This document shows, in pieces, positions 13,701-27,297 of a stretch of DNA of 64,000 bases. Origin of the DNA: Antedon mediterranea. Its lineage: Eukaryota > Animalia > Echinodermata. Location of the stretch: positions 3,529,812 to 3,593,811 of the forward strand of contig NC_092675.1 of the NCBI RefSeq assembly GCF_964355755.1, given 5' to 3'. How positions within the stretch are numbered: position 1 is the stretch's first letter; every line of letters starts with the position of its first letter. The position numbers and the translations under genes are program-made. The notes under the pieces are model-generated. The model saw only the letters and a list, made by a program, of their open reading frames with translations, was not told where the DNA came from and ran no database searches.

Positions 13701-16700
13701 TAGCTTGCTTATTACTATCTTGCTTATTACGAGTTTGCTTATTACTAGCTTGCTTATTACTACTAGCTTGCTTATTACTATCTTGCTTATTACTAGCTTG
13801 CTTATTACTACTAGCTTGCTTATTACTATCTTGCTTATTACTACTAGCTTGCTTATTACTACTAGCTTGCTTATTACGAGCTTGCTTATTACGAGCTTGC
13901 TTATTACTATCTTGCTTATTACTATCTTGCTTATTACTAGCTTGCTTATTACTAGTTTGCTTATTACTATCTTGCTTATTACTAGCTTGCTTATTAATTC
14001 TATCTTGCTTATTACTAGCTTGCTTATTACTAGCTTGCTTATTACTAGCTTGCTTATTACTAGCTTGCTTATTACTAGCTTGCTTATTACTATCTTGCTT
14101 ATTACGAGTTTGCTTATTACTGTCTTGCTTATTACTAGCTTGCTTATTACTAGCTTGCTTATTATTTCTATCTTGCTTATTACTATCTTGCTTATTACTA
14201 TCTTGCTTATTACTAGCTTGCTTATTACTAGCTTGCTTATTACTAGCTTGCTTATTATTTCTATCTTGCTTATTACTATCTTGCTTATTACTAGCTTGCT
14301 TATTACTAGCTTGCTTATTACTATCTTGCTTATTACTATCTTGCTTATTACGAGCTTGCTTATTACGAGTTTGCTTATTACTAGCTTGCTTATTACTAGC
14401 TTGCTTATTACTAGCTTGCTTATTATTTCTATGTTGCTTATTACTATCGTGCTTATTACTATCTTGCTTATTTCTAGCTTGCTTATTACTATCTTGCTTA
14501 TTTCTAGCTTGCTTATTACTATCTTGCTTATTACTATCTTGCTTATTTCTAGCTTGCTTATTACTAGCTTGCTTATTACTATCTTGCTTATTACGAGTTT
14601 GCTTATTTCTATCTTGCTTATTACTATCTTGCTTATTACTATCTTGCTTATTTCTAGCTTGCTTATTACTAGCTTGCTTATTACTATCTTGCTTATTACT
14701 ATCTTGCTTATTTCTAGCTTGCTTATTACTAGCTTGCTTATTACTATCTTGCTTATTACGAGTTTGCCTATTACTATCTTGCTTATTTTAGCTTGCTTAT
14801 TATTTCTATCTTGCTTATTACTATCTTGCTTATTTTTAGCTTGCTTATTACTATCTTGCGTATTACTATCTTGCTTATTACTAGCTTGCTTATTACTAGC
14901 TTGCTTATTACTAGCTTGCTTATTACTATCTTGCTTATTACTAGCTTGCTTATTACTAGCTTGCTTATTACTAGCTTGCTTATTACTAGCTTGCTTATTA
15001 CTAGCTTGCTTATTATTTCTATCTTGCTTATTATTTCTATCTTGCTTATTACTATCTTGCTTATTTCTAGCTTGCTTATTACTATCTTGCTTATTACTAG
15101 CTTGCTTATTACTAGCTTGCTTATTACTAGCTTGCTTATTACTATCTTGCTTATTACTATCTTGCTTATTACTATCTTGCTTATTACTATCTTGCTTATT
15201 ACTAGCTTGCTTATTACTATCTTGCTTATTACTATCTTGCTTATTACTATCTTGCTTATTACTATCTTGCTTATTACTATCTTGCTTATTACTATCTTGC
15301 TTATTACTATCTTTCTTATTTCTAGCTTGCTTAAAACTATCTTGCTTATAAATTCAGTAGCTTTTAATAATATTTCAAATGCTTAAACTGTTTTGTTTAT
15401 TATTTGCTTTCTTGATTCTACCTTGCTTATTACTTTCTTCATACCACTCCTTGTGTGTTACTTAATTTTTATATATTACAGTACTTTGGATTTATTTAAT
15501 TACCTCTGAGGACAGATACACCGGCGTGAATACAAAGCCAAGTAATGCTAAACACGTGACACCCTGTATGTAGAACAAAATAAAGCAGGATGATGCAAAC
15601 CATGCTATCCACAAAGATGTCATTTTATGTCTATTAAGCTCTGTCTACACTATCAAACTAGTTTGACAACAAAGAGTTTGATGTGCCAAAATATGTTAGT
15701 TATATGCCCAAATATGATAGTGATATGCCCAAATATGATAGTGATATGACATCATTACTTATTATTCATTTGATTATTCATTATCACTTATTCAGACTGG
15801 TTATTCAAAATGACAATACTGTAAATCTCAACTGTTGTTGTTGTGTCTGGTGAATGTGGAGATTTATTGTTTTCTTGAGACATGTGATTTGAGTTCTTTA
15901 TGCAGCATATGGTATTACGGTCAATCACAACTGCGATGATTACTAGCTGAAACATTATGGGAGCGGTATGCGTTCCAACTACCGGAGTAAATATGAAGCG
16001 CAGAGGTTTTGAGCATTCGCTATAAAACAACATATCTTTATTTTTATATTGATTTATTAAACTGGTAAAACTACTTTTAAATCTTATAAGACGATATAAA
16101 TACACTAACCGAAAATTCGTAAGAAATAACAGCGTATCCATTTGCTGCTGCTGTGCTGGCTAAACCGATAAAAGACGAACTGCCTATGTTACTTACATAA
16201 ATAGACATACCAACCTATCAGAGAGTATCACAAAATAAATAATTACACACACGTACAGCGTACAAAATACCAGTATGACATTATTAAATACTTTACTATT
16301 CATGATGTTTTGTCTACTTTATACTAACACTTACCAGCCACCAACTCATGTTTCTTCCTGCTAAGAAGTATCCAGAAGCACTTCCTTTTGCAGAACCTCG
16401 TGTTGACTGTGAAAATACACAAAGAACTTAAATTACTAGAAAGTGTGCATACCTCTGCCTCTAGTCTAGGTTATATACTGTATTTCAACTTAATATTGGT
16501 AAAAAGATCAATATTTTGGCACACATGGTGTCACATACGTATAATACTTGTAGTTTACAGACAAAAATCGAAAAGTCGACTGGTGGACTAAACATAGAAA
16601 AGAAATATTTCTTACAAAAACGCCGCTCGACTTTTTGACCGTTTTAATTATGGTTCTTTTTTTCATTTTTTTAATTGATATTCTATTTAATAATTTTAGA

Positions 16701-18013
16701 AATAATGATTTATTATTTTTCTATCAGTTGTAAACATTTTGTATAAGTTACGTATTAATATAGTATGGAATGAACAAAGTCCGTGACCTACTGTACAGAA
16801 CAAATATAATCCAAAAAAACTAAGCTTTAATACTGTACATTTTCGTAGTGACCCCCAATGTTCCAGTAAACAAATTTTTCTAAATCTAATACTCACTAAT
16901 CAAACAATTCTGGTAAAAAAAGTCCTCTAGAAAAGGTGGATGTGGCAATAGAAGTATGTACTACCAGCTGTTTATATATTTTTTTAAAATATAGGTAGGA
17001 AGGTCACTAATCGAAATTATTGAGAATCTCTTTCGGGGAGAGCATGTCCAAATGTTTTTTTTTTTTGCATACAAATTATAATTTTTGGAGAATTTAACAG
17101 TCAAACCTAAAAGGGTGATAGGCGGCTAATAAATGAAGATATTTCGTTTTGTTCGGACCAACCCTTAAACTTCCGTGCAGAAAACATTCTTTAAATGATG
17201 TTACTATAACATGGCGGTACACCTATATGGTGCGGATGCATTTATTCTAATGAATGGATTCAGGTGTAGGTCTATTTTATTAAACTAGGATAAAAGCATA
17301 GAAAATCACTGAAGTGTATATCAAATCTAATCAACTGGCTTTTTTTAATTGAAAGAGCGACGGCGTTTTACGACCTATGCAGGTCGTTTCATCAATTAAC
17401 AAGTCCACCTGATTAGATTTATCATACCACCGTATGTTAGTTACTACTGCATCATAATATTCATAATCGTAAATCACCTCAGAAATTGTTTACGAACCAA
17501 TTTTGCATTTTTATTACATATTTAAATTTGTTTATCCATAAAAAAAAAATCAGTTTTATCTTTTGTATTACTATGTTTGAGGGGACCCATCATGATTTAA
17601 ATCCTCTTTGAGAATTTAGAAATATATCCCTTTAAATGCAAATGCGTTTCGCGTTTGTCTGTGCTTGTTACTGATATAATGGTATCGAAATAAATCAAAT
17701 CAAATTAAACTTTAAAACATTCTTCAACAAAGCATGAAAGACATACAACAAAATCAGTATAAACTCAAAATACATTTTTTTAAATGTCACAAACCATGTT
17801 TAAAACAATATTTCCGGACCATCCTCATTTTTCAATGTTCGACTGATAAGTTAATTGATTATGTTTAATACACAATGTATATAACATTTTTAAACAAAAA
17901 AAATAACACAATTTAAATACGACACATAAACAACTTACCCATATTCCAATGCCAAAAACAATACAGAAATGTATAACTATAATAGCGATATCTATAGGAT
18001 GTAGGTAACTCAT
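7716..18013 (-). CDS. Sodium/glucose cotransporter-like SLC5 (SGLT subfamily, SLC5A1/A9/A10-like), 14 coding exons, 665 aa
   Basis: Exons in minus-strand order: 17939-18013, 16335-16406, 16110-16214, 15504-15563, 13320-13424, 12922-13108, 12410-12621, 11345-11480, 10413-10520, 9726-9876, 9265-9433, 8930-9145, 8078-8273, 7716-7921. All are GT-AG with compatible phases, totalling 1998 nt. SSF motifs include [97 protein letters not shown] and a C-terminal TM ending YAYYG. Confidence 0.95.
11584..11938 (+). mobile_element. 5S rRNA-derived SINE (SINE3-like): 5S head about 11584-11697, unrelated body, (TAAAA)n tail; lies in an SLC5 intron
   Basis: TACGGCTTTACCACGTTGAAACACCGGTTCTCGTCAGATCACCGAAGTTAAGCAACGTTGGGCCTGGTTAGAGCTTGGATGGGAGACCATCTGGGAATAGCGGGTGCTGTA closely follows the metazoan 5S rRNA consensus with several substitutions. 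There is no T-run terminator; about 215 bp of GC-richer body and an A-rich tail follow. Confidence 0.8.
13661..15349. repeat. 15-bp minisatellite (CTTGCTTATTACTAG / CTTGCTTATTACTAT and variants), roughly 110 copies, in the SLC5 intron between exons 4 and 5
   Basis: Directly visible tandem array with occasional 18-bp units. It produces the artefactual LLACL/ITSLL ORFs. Confidence 0.97.
15637..15755. mobile_element. Harbinger-type MITE family A, truncated copy
   Basis: TTA|AGCTCTGTCTACACTATCAAACTAGTTTGAC plus internal GCCCAAATATGATAGTGATAT repeats matching 6282-6442; right TIR missing. Confidence 0.65.
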
Positions 18014-18615
18014 GATTAAACTGTTAATAAACCAGTGTTGTTATCCACGTTGAATACTGTAAATTAAATTTCAAGAGTGTTGTGGCATGTCGTTTCTTTA
18101 GTCTACTCTCACTACATTGTTTATTATAAGGCACGGGATTGGCTAAAGCTAAAAACAGCATTTGTATAGGTATAGGTCATTTTAAGAATATAGCGCATGC
18201 GCTGAGGTTATTCATTTAAACAGAAATGCCACTAAAGAGTCCGGATATTATGTCAACATCTGTATAACTGTATTGTACAAGTAGCTTAAAGGTTGGTTCC
18301 CATTAGAATGCAAAGCAAGAATAAACAAAGTATTTTCAAAAAGTGACACAATTGGGGTAATGGGTTAGGCCTAATAGGCCTAAACAGGTTTTTTTCCTGA
18401 ATGTTTTCATCTATCTACGTGATGCAATAATGTGAAGAAATTGAAATTTAATTGAAAGGGGGTGGGGAATTTGGGGTATCTTTGATTGATTTTCTGGTTA
18501 TTTTTTTTTGGGGTATTTTGTACTTTTTTAAAACATTTTACATGATTTTATCATAGGCCTATTTCTGCAGTGCAAAACTTTAGTGGTAATAAAACCTTTG
18601 ACTTTCAGACTTTAT

Positions 18616-19617
<1,002 letters not shown>

Positions 19618-19984
19618 AATGGCTTTATATTACGGATCTGTACGGAATTATGTAAGAATATAAGGTAAGACTCTTTCTTGATGATAATTGTATTTAACTA
19701 TTGTGGAGTAGCTTTGCGCCAGGGATTTGAATAATTGGTCATATTTTCCCCACTCTGACGTAATTTTGTACTCTATACTAATAACGATAATAACCGTAAA
19801 CGAAATGTGGTTATGTGATTACTGAATTTGGTCTTTAAAGATGTATGAAGTAAATGCATTGAGCATCTTTTAAAGCTAGATAGCTGTTTTGACTGCTCAG
19901 TAAAATTCATTTCTATTACGGATAAGCAGTGCGGAAAAGTGTTGGATTAATAGGATTCAGTTAGGAATAAGAAATGTTATAAAG

Positions 19985-22900
19985 ATGCTCATCTTTCAAC
20001 ACATTAAGTTCTTGATTCTTTTAGTGTTATCCAGATGTTACACAGCTAAGGCCTTTTCTGGTTCTGGTTGTAAGTACTCCGGTTTTTTTGTAGTTACAAG
20101 TTATGATTAAATCATCGTTTTGCTTTGAAATTAATCATTGTCGATCGATTTAAAACAGACATATTAATGTATTTGAAATAAAACGCAATGATGTTAAAAA
20201 TATTAAGTAAACCCTGAAACGTGATATAGCTTGTTAATTGTAATCATTAACATTTAACAAATATGATTAATTATTTTCAACACTATGATCAAAACTGTGA
20301 CACCTTTTGTTTTTGTCACAAAGAAGTGTCATTTAATAATATAACTAATTAATTACAATAAAAATCGATATAAAAATAATAATTAGCAGTGATCAATGTG
20401 GTTTAGTGTTCTTTTTACAGTAGGCCCACCGGCACCAGACGGAGGCCCACCGGCACCAGGCGGAGGCCCACCGGCACCAGTCCTACCGACACGATCTCAG
20501 CCGCCACGAGGAAAGAAATATGTAGTAGTAGAAGTTGTAGTGGTATTGGTACCAATACCGTCGACTGAATGCCTTGTAAATGCAAAAGGAAAATCATCAT
20601 ACTTTGGTGATACGACGAGGATAATCACATTGGAATGTTATAAATGGAATAATGACACAGTTGCACAGGTTCTTCGCAGTTATGAAGGCAAGGAAGAACC
20701 AACAAAAGTGTAAGTCTAAGCAAACTTAATAAATAAATGCTTTTTGCAACTTTCTTTCACATTGAAAAATCATGTCTCTCTTATGTGCTTTCATTTTTAA
20801 TGCAATTATGTAACAAACCAACTTAATTTTCGTAAAATCTACCACCCTCATATAAAACGCCTGACGTGTATAACCTAAAAAAACATCACTCCAGATGTAA
20901 ACCGCCAAGATCTGAACACCCTCATGTAAAACGCCTGACGTGTATACCCTTAAAAAAAACATCACTCCAGATGTAAACCGGCAAAATCTTAACACCCTCA
21001 TGTAAAACGCCTGACGTGAATAACCTAAAAAAAAACATCACTCCATAAATCATGTCGCCTAGTTAGTAAATTGTTGAACCGGCTTTTTAAGTCTGTTTTC
21101 CATTTGCGAATATATTTGCACGAAGCGAAAATTCCTAAGTTCTGATTGTATTTTTTCACTTAGATGGAAATATTAATATGCGCATTCGTCAAATTTCGAT
21201 TCGCCCAAATAAATTCGCCTAGTGGAAAACCAGCTTTAGTATGATATGAAACACTGTGACTGTGCAAAGCTGCATAACTGGCAGACTATATAAATCGTTA
21301 ATCCTTAATATAACAAATATGTAAATGTATATAAATTATTTATTGTGCTATTATTTTACCTTTAAAGGACTTTAGAGATTAGGCAAATGGAGACATTGCC
21401 CAACAATGCATTTGCTGGTTTTTCCGCATTCTACAGCCTGTAAGTGTTCTTTTCTCGCAAAAATTTGATTCTTGTGACAAAGTTTAGTATGTACACTTTG
21501 TAATAATCGTCACACTTAATACTTCTCAAACTTTGTGACAGAACTTTCTAAACTTCAAAAACGGAAAGACCGAGATTAATTACTTGATTTTAGATGACCA
21601 TTTTCTAGTTAACTTTTATCAGCCAAAGGACCTATGCCACTTACTGGCTAAAACCGTTCATTTTGAAATGCATTGCATTAAAGTAAATATTCAAATTATT
21701 TTATTGTGCTTGTTTTTATACTCTAAAGGTCGTTGGAAAATAACCAAATTAGTACATTGTCATCTAATGCATTTGCTGGTTTGACAAGATTATACGAACT
21801 GCAAGTCTTATTTTTGTTAAAATGTTATTATTATGTATATATGAAATTTAGTAAAAAATAAATACTACTTAAATTTTGTAGTTGCTGTTATCTATGAATG
21901 ATCATAACTTATCATGATATTTCTTTATTGTTTTAGTTCAATTTAATCGTTTTACCTATTTAACTATTTTTAAAAGATAGCTTTATAACGTTCTTTAAAC
22001 AATCAAGGCTAATATTAGTCTTAGTCTTACTGATATATATTTCAAGACCTCGTAAATGTAAAACATCTTTTACTATTTTTACTCAATATACATAAAAATA
22101 ATGTTCAATCACAATATATTGGGCTTTTTTCTTTTAAAGGAATTTGAACAATAACCAAATTAGTACATTATCAGCCAATGTATTTGCCGGTTTGACAATA
22201 TTACAAAGACTGTGAGTGTATGGTTTTAATGAATACTACTAATTACTAATACTAATTTAATACTAATTAAATGTTTGGTATTTCTGATTATAAGTACCTG
22301 AATTATAATTAATTAATTATATGCCATTTAAGAAATGTGGCCTGGGATTCGGATCAGTTGAAACTCAACACACGATTTCTAATAATATTTTTTTGAAAAT
22401 ATAATATTGTTTTTAAAATAGTTATAAATGAAATGTAATTGATTGGATTATTTTCTTGTATCAGATATTTACAGAACAACAATATAACTACTATAGAACA
22501 TGGAGCATTTTCTTATTTTGCTTCTTCTCTTTTAACTCTGTAAGTATAATTGTAGTAGTGATAGTAGCAAAGAACTTATAACACAAGAATCTCCTGTTCT
22601 TCAATTTGCATTCAAAACACAGTATCGGAAGTACAGGGTTAAAAGGTCAAACTGGGCGACGCCATTTTACAGAATGGAGCAGCGCCCTCTCCAAACTAGG
22701 AAGTCAAAACTATTAATTCTTATAGAGAAGGCTCAGTCAATTACTCTCCACCCCCCCCCCCATCCCCCTATAGTATTAGCAGATACCCTCTATGATTTTG
22801 GCTTTCTAATTTGATGCGGTCGCGCTACTCCATGGCTCACAATGGCGCCACCCATTAGCTCTATTCTATCCTACAATGCCTTTCGAAATTGTTACAAGCT

Positions 22901-25500
22901 TTGGACGAACAGGAGATTCTTGTGTTATAAGTTCTTTGATAGTATAGTTGATTCTGTAATTATAGCCTAAATTTACACTGGATTAGTTTTACGCCAAATA
23001 TTATAGACTTTTGACAAAGGTTTAGATCGGTGGTTGAGTTATCAAACTTTGTGTTCATATGTTAGCCTATGTGCATGTTGTGTTTTGGCGGTTTTGGCGC
23101 CGAATATGTTGAAAAACCACCTATGATTCACAAAATACCGAATTCAAATCTAGTTTAATAATTATTTTACAGAACCATAATATGCCGGCGATATAATATT
23201 TATTATTATTAAGTTAAGTTCACTTAGATTGACGTATATAATTGAAATAGACCGAATAAATAATGAAATTAAATTAAATGTATTGTGTTTTGCAGAGACA
23301 TACGAGGTAATAATTTACAAGTTTACAGAGAAAGAACATTTGAGGAATTGAAAAACATAAAACAATTGTAAGCAATATTATATTCAAACGTCATTATTCA
23401 CTTTTACAATACAAATTATACAGTAGTAGAATTCATTCATGTTTTTTAACCCGACAATCAACATGCTTTCGAAACGGCGACAAACATGACAATAATGCAG
23501 AAATGTTTGTTAAAAATTTGATAATACATTTTTCAGAACCAATAACTGCTCAGCATCTATCATTTGTCTCCCGTTTCATTCTCAAAATCATTTAACTATT
23601 TGTGATTTGCCTTTGCCAAGTAAAACAGACCTACACTATAGTTTCTTTATAATATCATTTTAGTTTATAGCCTCTCTACTCGAACACAAATAAGAACACA
23701 AATAAGATAGTTTAACAAGAAAATTTTAATCATGTATTTTACCGCCATTTTTCATTTCTACATTTTAATTAACATCGTATCTAAAATTTTAAATGAGAAA
23801 ATGTATGGTTAATACTGAATTCTGGCATCTTATTATGTAAATATACCGGTATTTTAACTATTCTAAACACTTACCTTTAATTGTCACAAATGTACTTATA
23901 TGTATATAATATATTCATCAATGAGAATTTAAATAAACGTGAGAAGAACTCACACAAGACAAAAAAAAATAATATCATTTTATCTTTATCTCAGGCTCGG
24001 TGATTTTCAGAAAGTTTTTAATTGGATAGTTACGAACAAGTGGTCTTTTTTTTAAATAGTTCTGTGGGTGTACTCTAGTCAGGTTATTAATTGTTGTTTC
24101 GACAGTCCCATACCGAAGACCTCGAAACAACACTTTTCGGATACTTTAGTGGATGGGCTTCTTTTCGAAATTAATGCTGACAATTTTATTAATTGCTACT
24201 CAAATTTGATTTTGATTCCCACCCAATTTTACATTTTGCAGACAAGACAATGCGATCAAAACACCATTTAAAAAAAAATAAACTGTAAAAATAATGTATG
24301 ATATAAACACGATCATACATTATTAGCTTGCATCTCAATAAGAAAAAACCCATCTATCTTGAAAAGAAGCCCAGGGAGTTTGATTTCCAGCTTCTTTTTT
24401 AGAATACTTTTGCAAACCAAAGAGGGTGGGGGATGCTTTTTATAGATGGGTTTCTTTTCGAGGGTTTACGGTACGGTAAGTTGGCTACCAATACTAATTC
24501 TTTTTTTTTTAAATAAATCCCTGGCAGGTATTCGGATATCTTTCGTCTCTGCTGTCTTGTAGGAGAAATTGAAGTCTGCGAGCCCACTGATGCTTTTTCT
24601 TCCTGTGATGATTTACTAAGAAGAGAGATTCTACGGATATTGATGATGATCATTGCAATTTCGTCTGTCATTGGCAATGTATTTGTTATCATATCGCGAA
24701 TAGTTAAAAAAGAGAGTACGGTCGATTCTATTCTTCTCACAAACCTTGCTGTGTCTGATCTGCTGATGGCAGTGTACTTGCTCATCATCGCAGGCGCCGA
24801 CTTACACTACAGAGGAAGATACGCGAAAGTTGCAAAAGATTGGAAGAATAGTTTTCTATGTAGTTTTGCCGGTGCAATTTCTACTCTCTCTGGTGAATGT
24901 TCTGTGTTTTCATTAATGGTTATGAGCGTTGATCGTGCTGTAAACATTGTAAGTCCATTCAGCACCAAGCGTCTCAAGCGTACGAAATGCAGAATTATCA
25001 TCGGCATTGCTTGGCTGGTTTGGGGTGCGCTCAGTTTTCTCCCACTGGTTTCAAACAACATCGGCATATCGTATTTTGGTGAGAACTATTACGGTAAACA
25101 GAGCGTATGTCTTGCGTTACCACTAACACGAAGTCGCCTACCAGGTTGGGAGTATGCCACTGCCATATTTATTGCATTTAATGGACTAGGCTTTTTTGTC
25201 ATCGCTGCGAGTTACCTAACAATTTTTCTCTCTGTTAAGAGATCAGCAGCCACTGTCAATCGAATACAGAAACGAGAAGAAGAAATTAAAATGGCAATGA
25301 AACTAGCTTTCATAGTTTTTACTGATTTCTGCTGTTGGTGTCCTGTTATTGTGATGGCCATTTGTTCAGAAATGCAGTGGTTACGAATTCCCGATGAAAT
25401 ATATGTTTGGGCAGCAACGTTTATCATTCCCATTAACTCGTCAGTGAATCCATATCTTTTCACAATTGTAAATATGTGTACAAGTAAGCGTCAACGCTAA
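19985..25500 (+). CDS. Leucine-rich repeat GPCR, LGR type C (RXFP/GRL101-like), 8 exons, 569 aa
   Basis: Exons: 19985-20069 (signal peptide MLIFQHIKFLILLVLSRCYTAKA), 20421-20709 (Pro-rich), five 72-75 nt phase-2 LRR exons at 21368-21439, 21729-21800, 22140-22211, 22465-22539 and 23296-23367 (e.g. SLENNQISTLSSNAFAGLTRLYEL), and 24528-25500 (hinge RLCC..C.P.DAFSSCDDLL plus 7TM with GNVFV, NLAVSDLLMAVYL, SVDR, CLALP, FTDFCCWCP, PINSSVNPYLFT). Total 1710 nt in a continuous frame. Confidence 0.9.
20843..21044. repeat. About 75-bp tandem repeat, about 2.7 copies, intronic
   Basis: CACCCTCATRTAAAACGCCTGACGTG..AAAAAAACATCACTCC(AGATGTAAACCG) occurs three times. Confidence 0.85.
21090..21235. mobile_element. 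Harbinger-type MITE, family C
   Basis: Imperfect TIRs AGTCTGTTTTCCATTTGCGAA / TTCGCCTAGTGGAAAACCAGCT flanked by TTA/TTA. Confidence 0.6.
22568..22938. mobile_element. MITE with 32-bp perfect TIRs (P-element superfamily-like termini), in a GPCR intron
   Basis: CAAAGAACTTATAACACAAGAATCTCCTGTTC at 22568-22599 and its reverse complement at 22907-22938; 7-bp flanks ATAGTAG / ATAGTAT. Confidence 0.8.
23663..23968 (+). mobile_element. 5'-truncated polyadenylated retroposed insertion (LINE 3' UTR or retrocopy), copy 1
   Basis: AATAAA at 23932, poly(A) at 23961, and a 14-bp TSD ATAATATCATTTTA (23649-23662 / 23969-23982). Near-identical to the reverse complement of 36178-36481. Confidence 0.85.
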
Positions 25501-26433
25501 GTTACTCCTGAGGTGGCCACTTTTACAGTTACAGTTTTAAACTTACACTTTATTTATTGGTAATTAGATGATGTTTTGCTTTTGATATATTCTATATAAT
25601 TACTTCTAGTTATAATCTCTGTTAAATGTATTACTGTATATATCATGTCATATAAGAATCGAAATTGACTGAATGAGACGATGTTCCATAATGATGAAGG
25701 TTGCCGTTTTTAGTCTACAGCTCACTATTCCGGAATATATCATAGTCTTGTGTACGCCTATTCATTACGTTTTGTTTTGGTTTTTAACAAAATAATTTGA
25801 ATGAAATGGATAAAAATGAAGTTATTAGGACGCCCTCATCAGTAACATGAAACAGATACGGCAAGTAGGCCTATGAATTGATAATACTCATTCCGGAGTT
25901 CTTGCGTTGTGACTAAACTTATAAACTCCGATGTTAGTGCAATTGAAACAGTACTATTCAAATAGGCCTAGTGTTTATACAAAAAAAGTATTCTGCCAAA
26001 ATAGATGTCTCTTTTGCCTTTTGTGTATAAGTTAAGTTCAGTAGGCCTATGTCTTTTCCTGTGCTGGCGATATTTTCTAAGCTAGGTTAAGATTTTCTCT
26101 ATTTAATGTCATTTTTTACCATTGTGTAAAACTACACAATGGTCGTTTCAAATTCTGATTTTATTAATATATATATATAGAATGCAGCATCATGCCAACT
26201 TATTATTTCCTGTCCTATCCTATAGACATTGATTCTCCATAAACTGTGTAAATAACAAAATGGTGAATAACTCAAAATGGTTCATTTTCGATAAAATCTC
26301 TAATTCACACGATGAAAAATAGATTCGATAACAACATGGTTGTCATGCGCATGACTCTAGAGAAGAGTATTTGATCACACAAAACACTACAGACTTATGT
26401 ATTATTTTTTATTTTTAACAACCCTGATATAGA

Positions 26434-27264
26434 TGTGACGCCCATAAACCCCCGGACTAATTTGGAATAGTCCAAGTACACAAGGTGACAGGGTGGGCAT
26501 AGGTGGCCTGAGGTCATTAAAGATTTGCCACATATGAGTGTAACATCTATAAAATCCTTGTCATCATTTATTGTGTATTACTATTCTTAGGTACGTAAAG
26601 TTTCATTGTGTCAATTACTATAAAGTAATATATTATTCTCTGTACTATTTTGTATTATAGAGATAATTTCCATAATGTAGTTATTGTTCAGGATGATAGA
26701 TATTACCCTTAGGATAGATATGTTGTTTATACAATATGGTTACAGTTGCGGTTCTACGCCGTATAATGAGAGGGTAAGCCAAGGTTAACATTCTTTCCAG
26801 GAGGGAACGTCCTTGGATTCAGCATGGTTACTATGACAACTAAGATAAGAGTATCATTGTGTTATTTTATAGGTTACGTATGAAGTAGTATAACTTGATC
26901 ATAGTGACTTTGAGAGTTATTATTTGGTATAGACACAAGTACAAGTCATGTATTATTTATACTGTATTGATGTTCACCTTGGTATAATAGGAAGGTGAAG
27001 AAGTGTTACAGGTTTATTACTTATTTAACACGACCTTAGTTGAGAGATAATGCTTCATCGTTAGTATTTTTAGAGTTATGAAATACAGTAGCAGATGTAC
27101 TGTAGTTTTAAGCTTACTATGTTTGATGATAAGAGGTCAGATTAAAGATTTGCCACATATGAGTGTAACATCTATAAAATCCTTGTCATCATTTATTGTG
27201 TATTACTATTCTTAGATCTCTCAACGACGGAAAACATCCCTGTACTCATTGACCAGGGGTAACA
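26434..27264 (+). repeat. 5' LTR of the Gypsy element
   Basis: Direct repeat of 33041-33871 with TG...CA ends, followed by the PBS. Confidence 0.97.
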
Positions 27265-27297
27265 TTTTGGAGGCACTGCCCGGATTCATCTGAAACT

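Noticed and set aside
13625-15386. Long Leu/Cys and Ile/Thr/Leu ORFs (388, 563, 197 aa)
   Set aside because: Stop-free frames of a 15-bp minisatellite, antisense within an SLC5 intron.
15788-16019. Exon-like minus-strand ORF in SLC5 intron 3
   Set aside because: Phase is incompatible with exon 3 and there is no recognisable homology.
16490-16575. Sequence shared with about 56244-56335
   Set aside because: Degenerate dispersed repeat fragment with no termini, so it cannot be classified.
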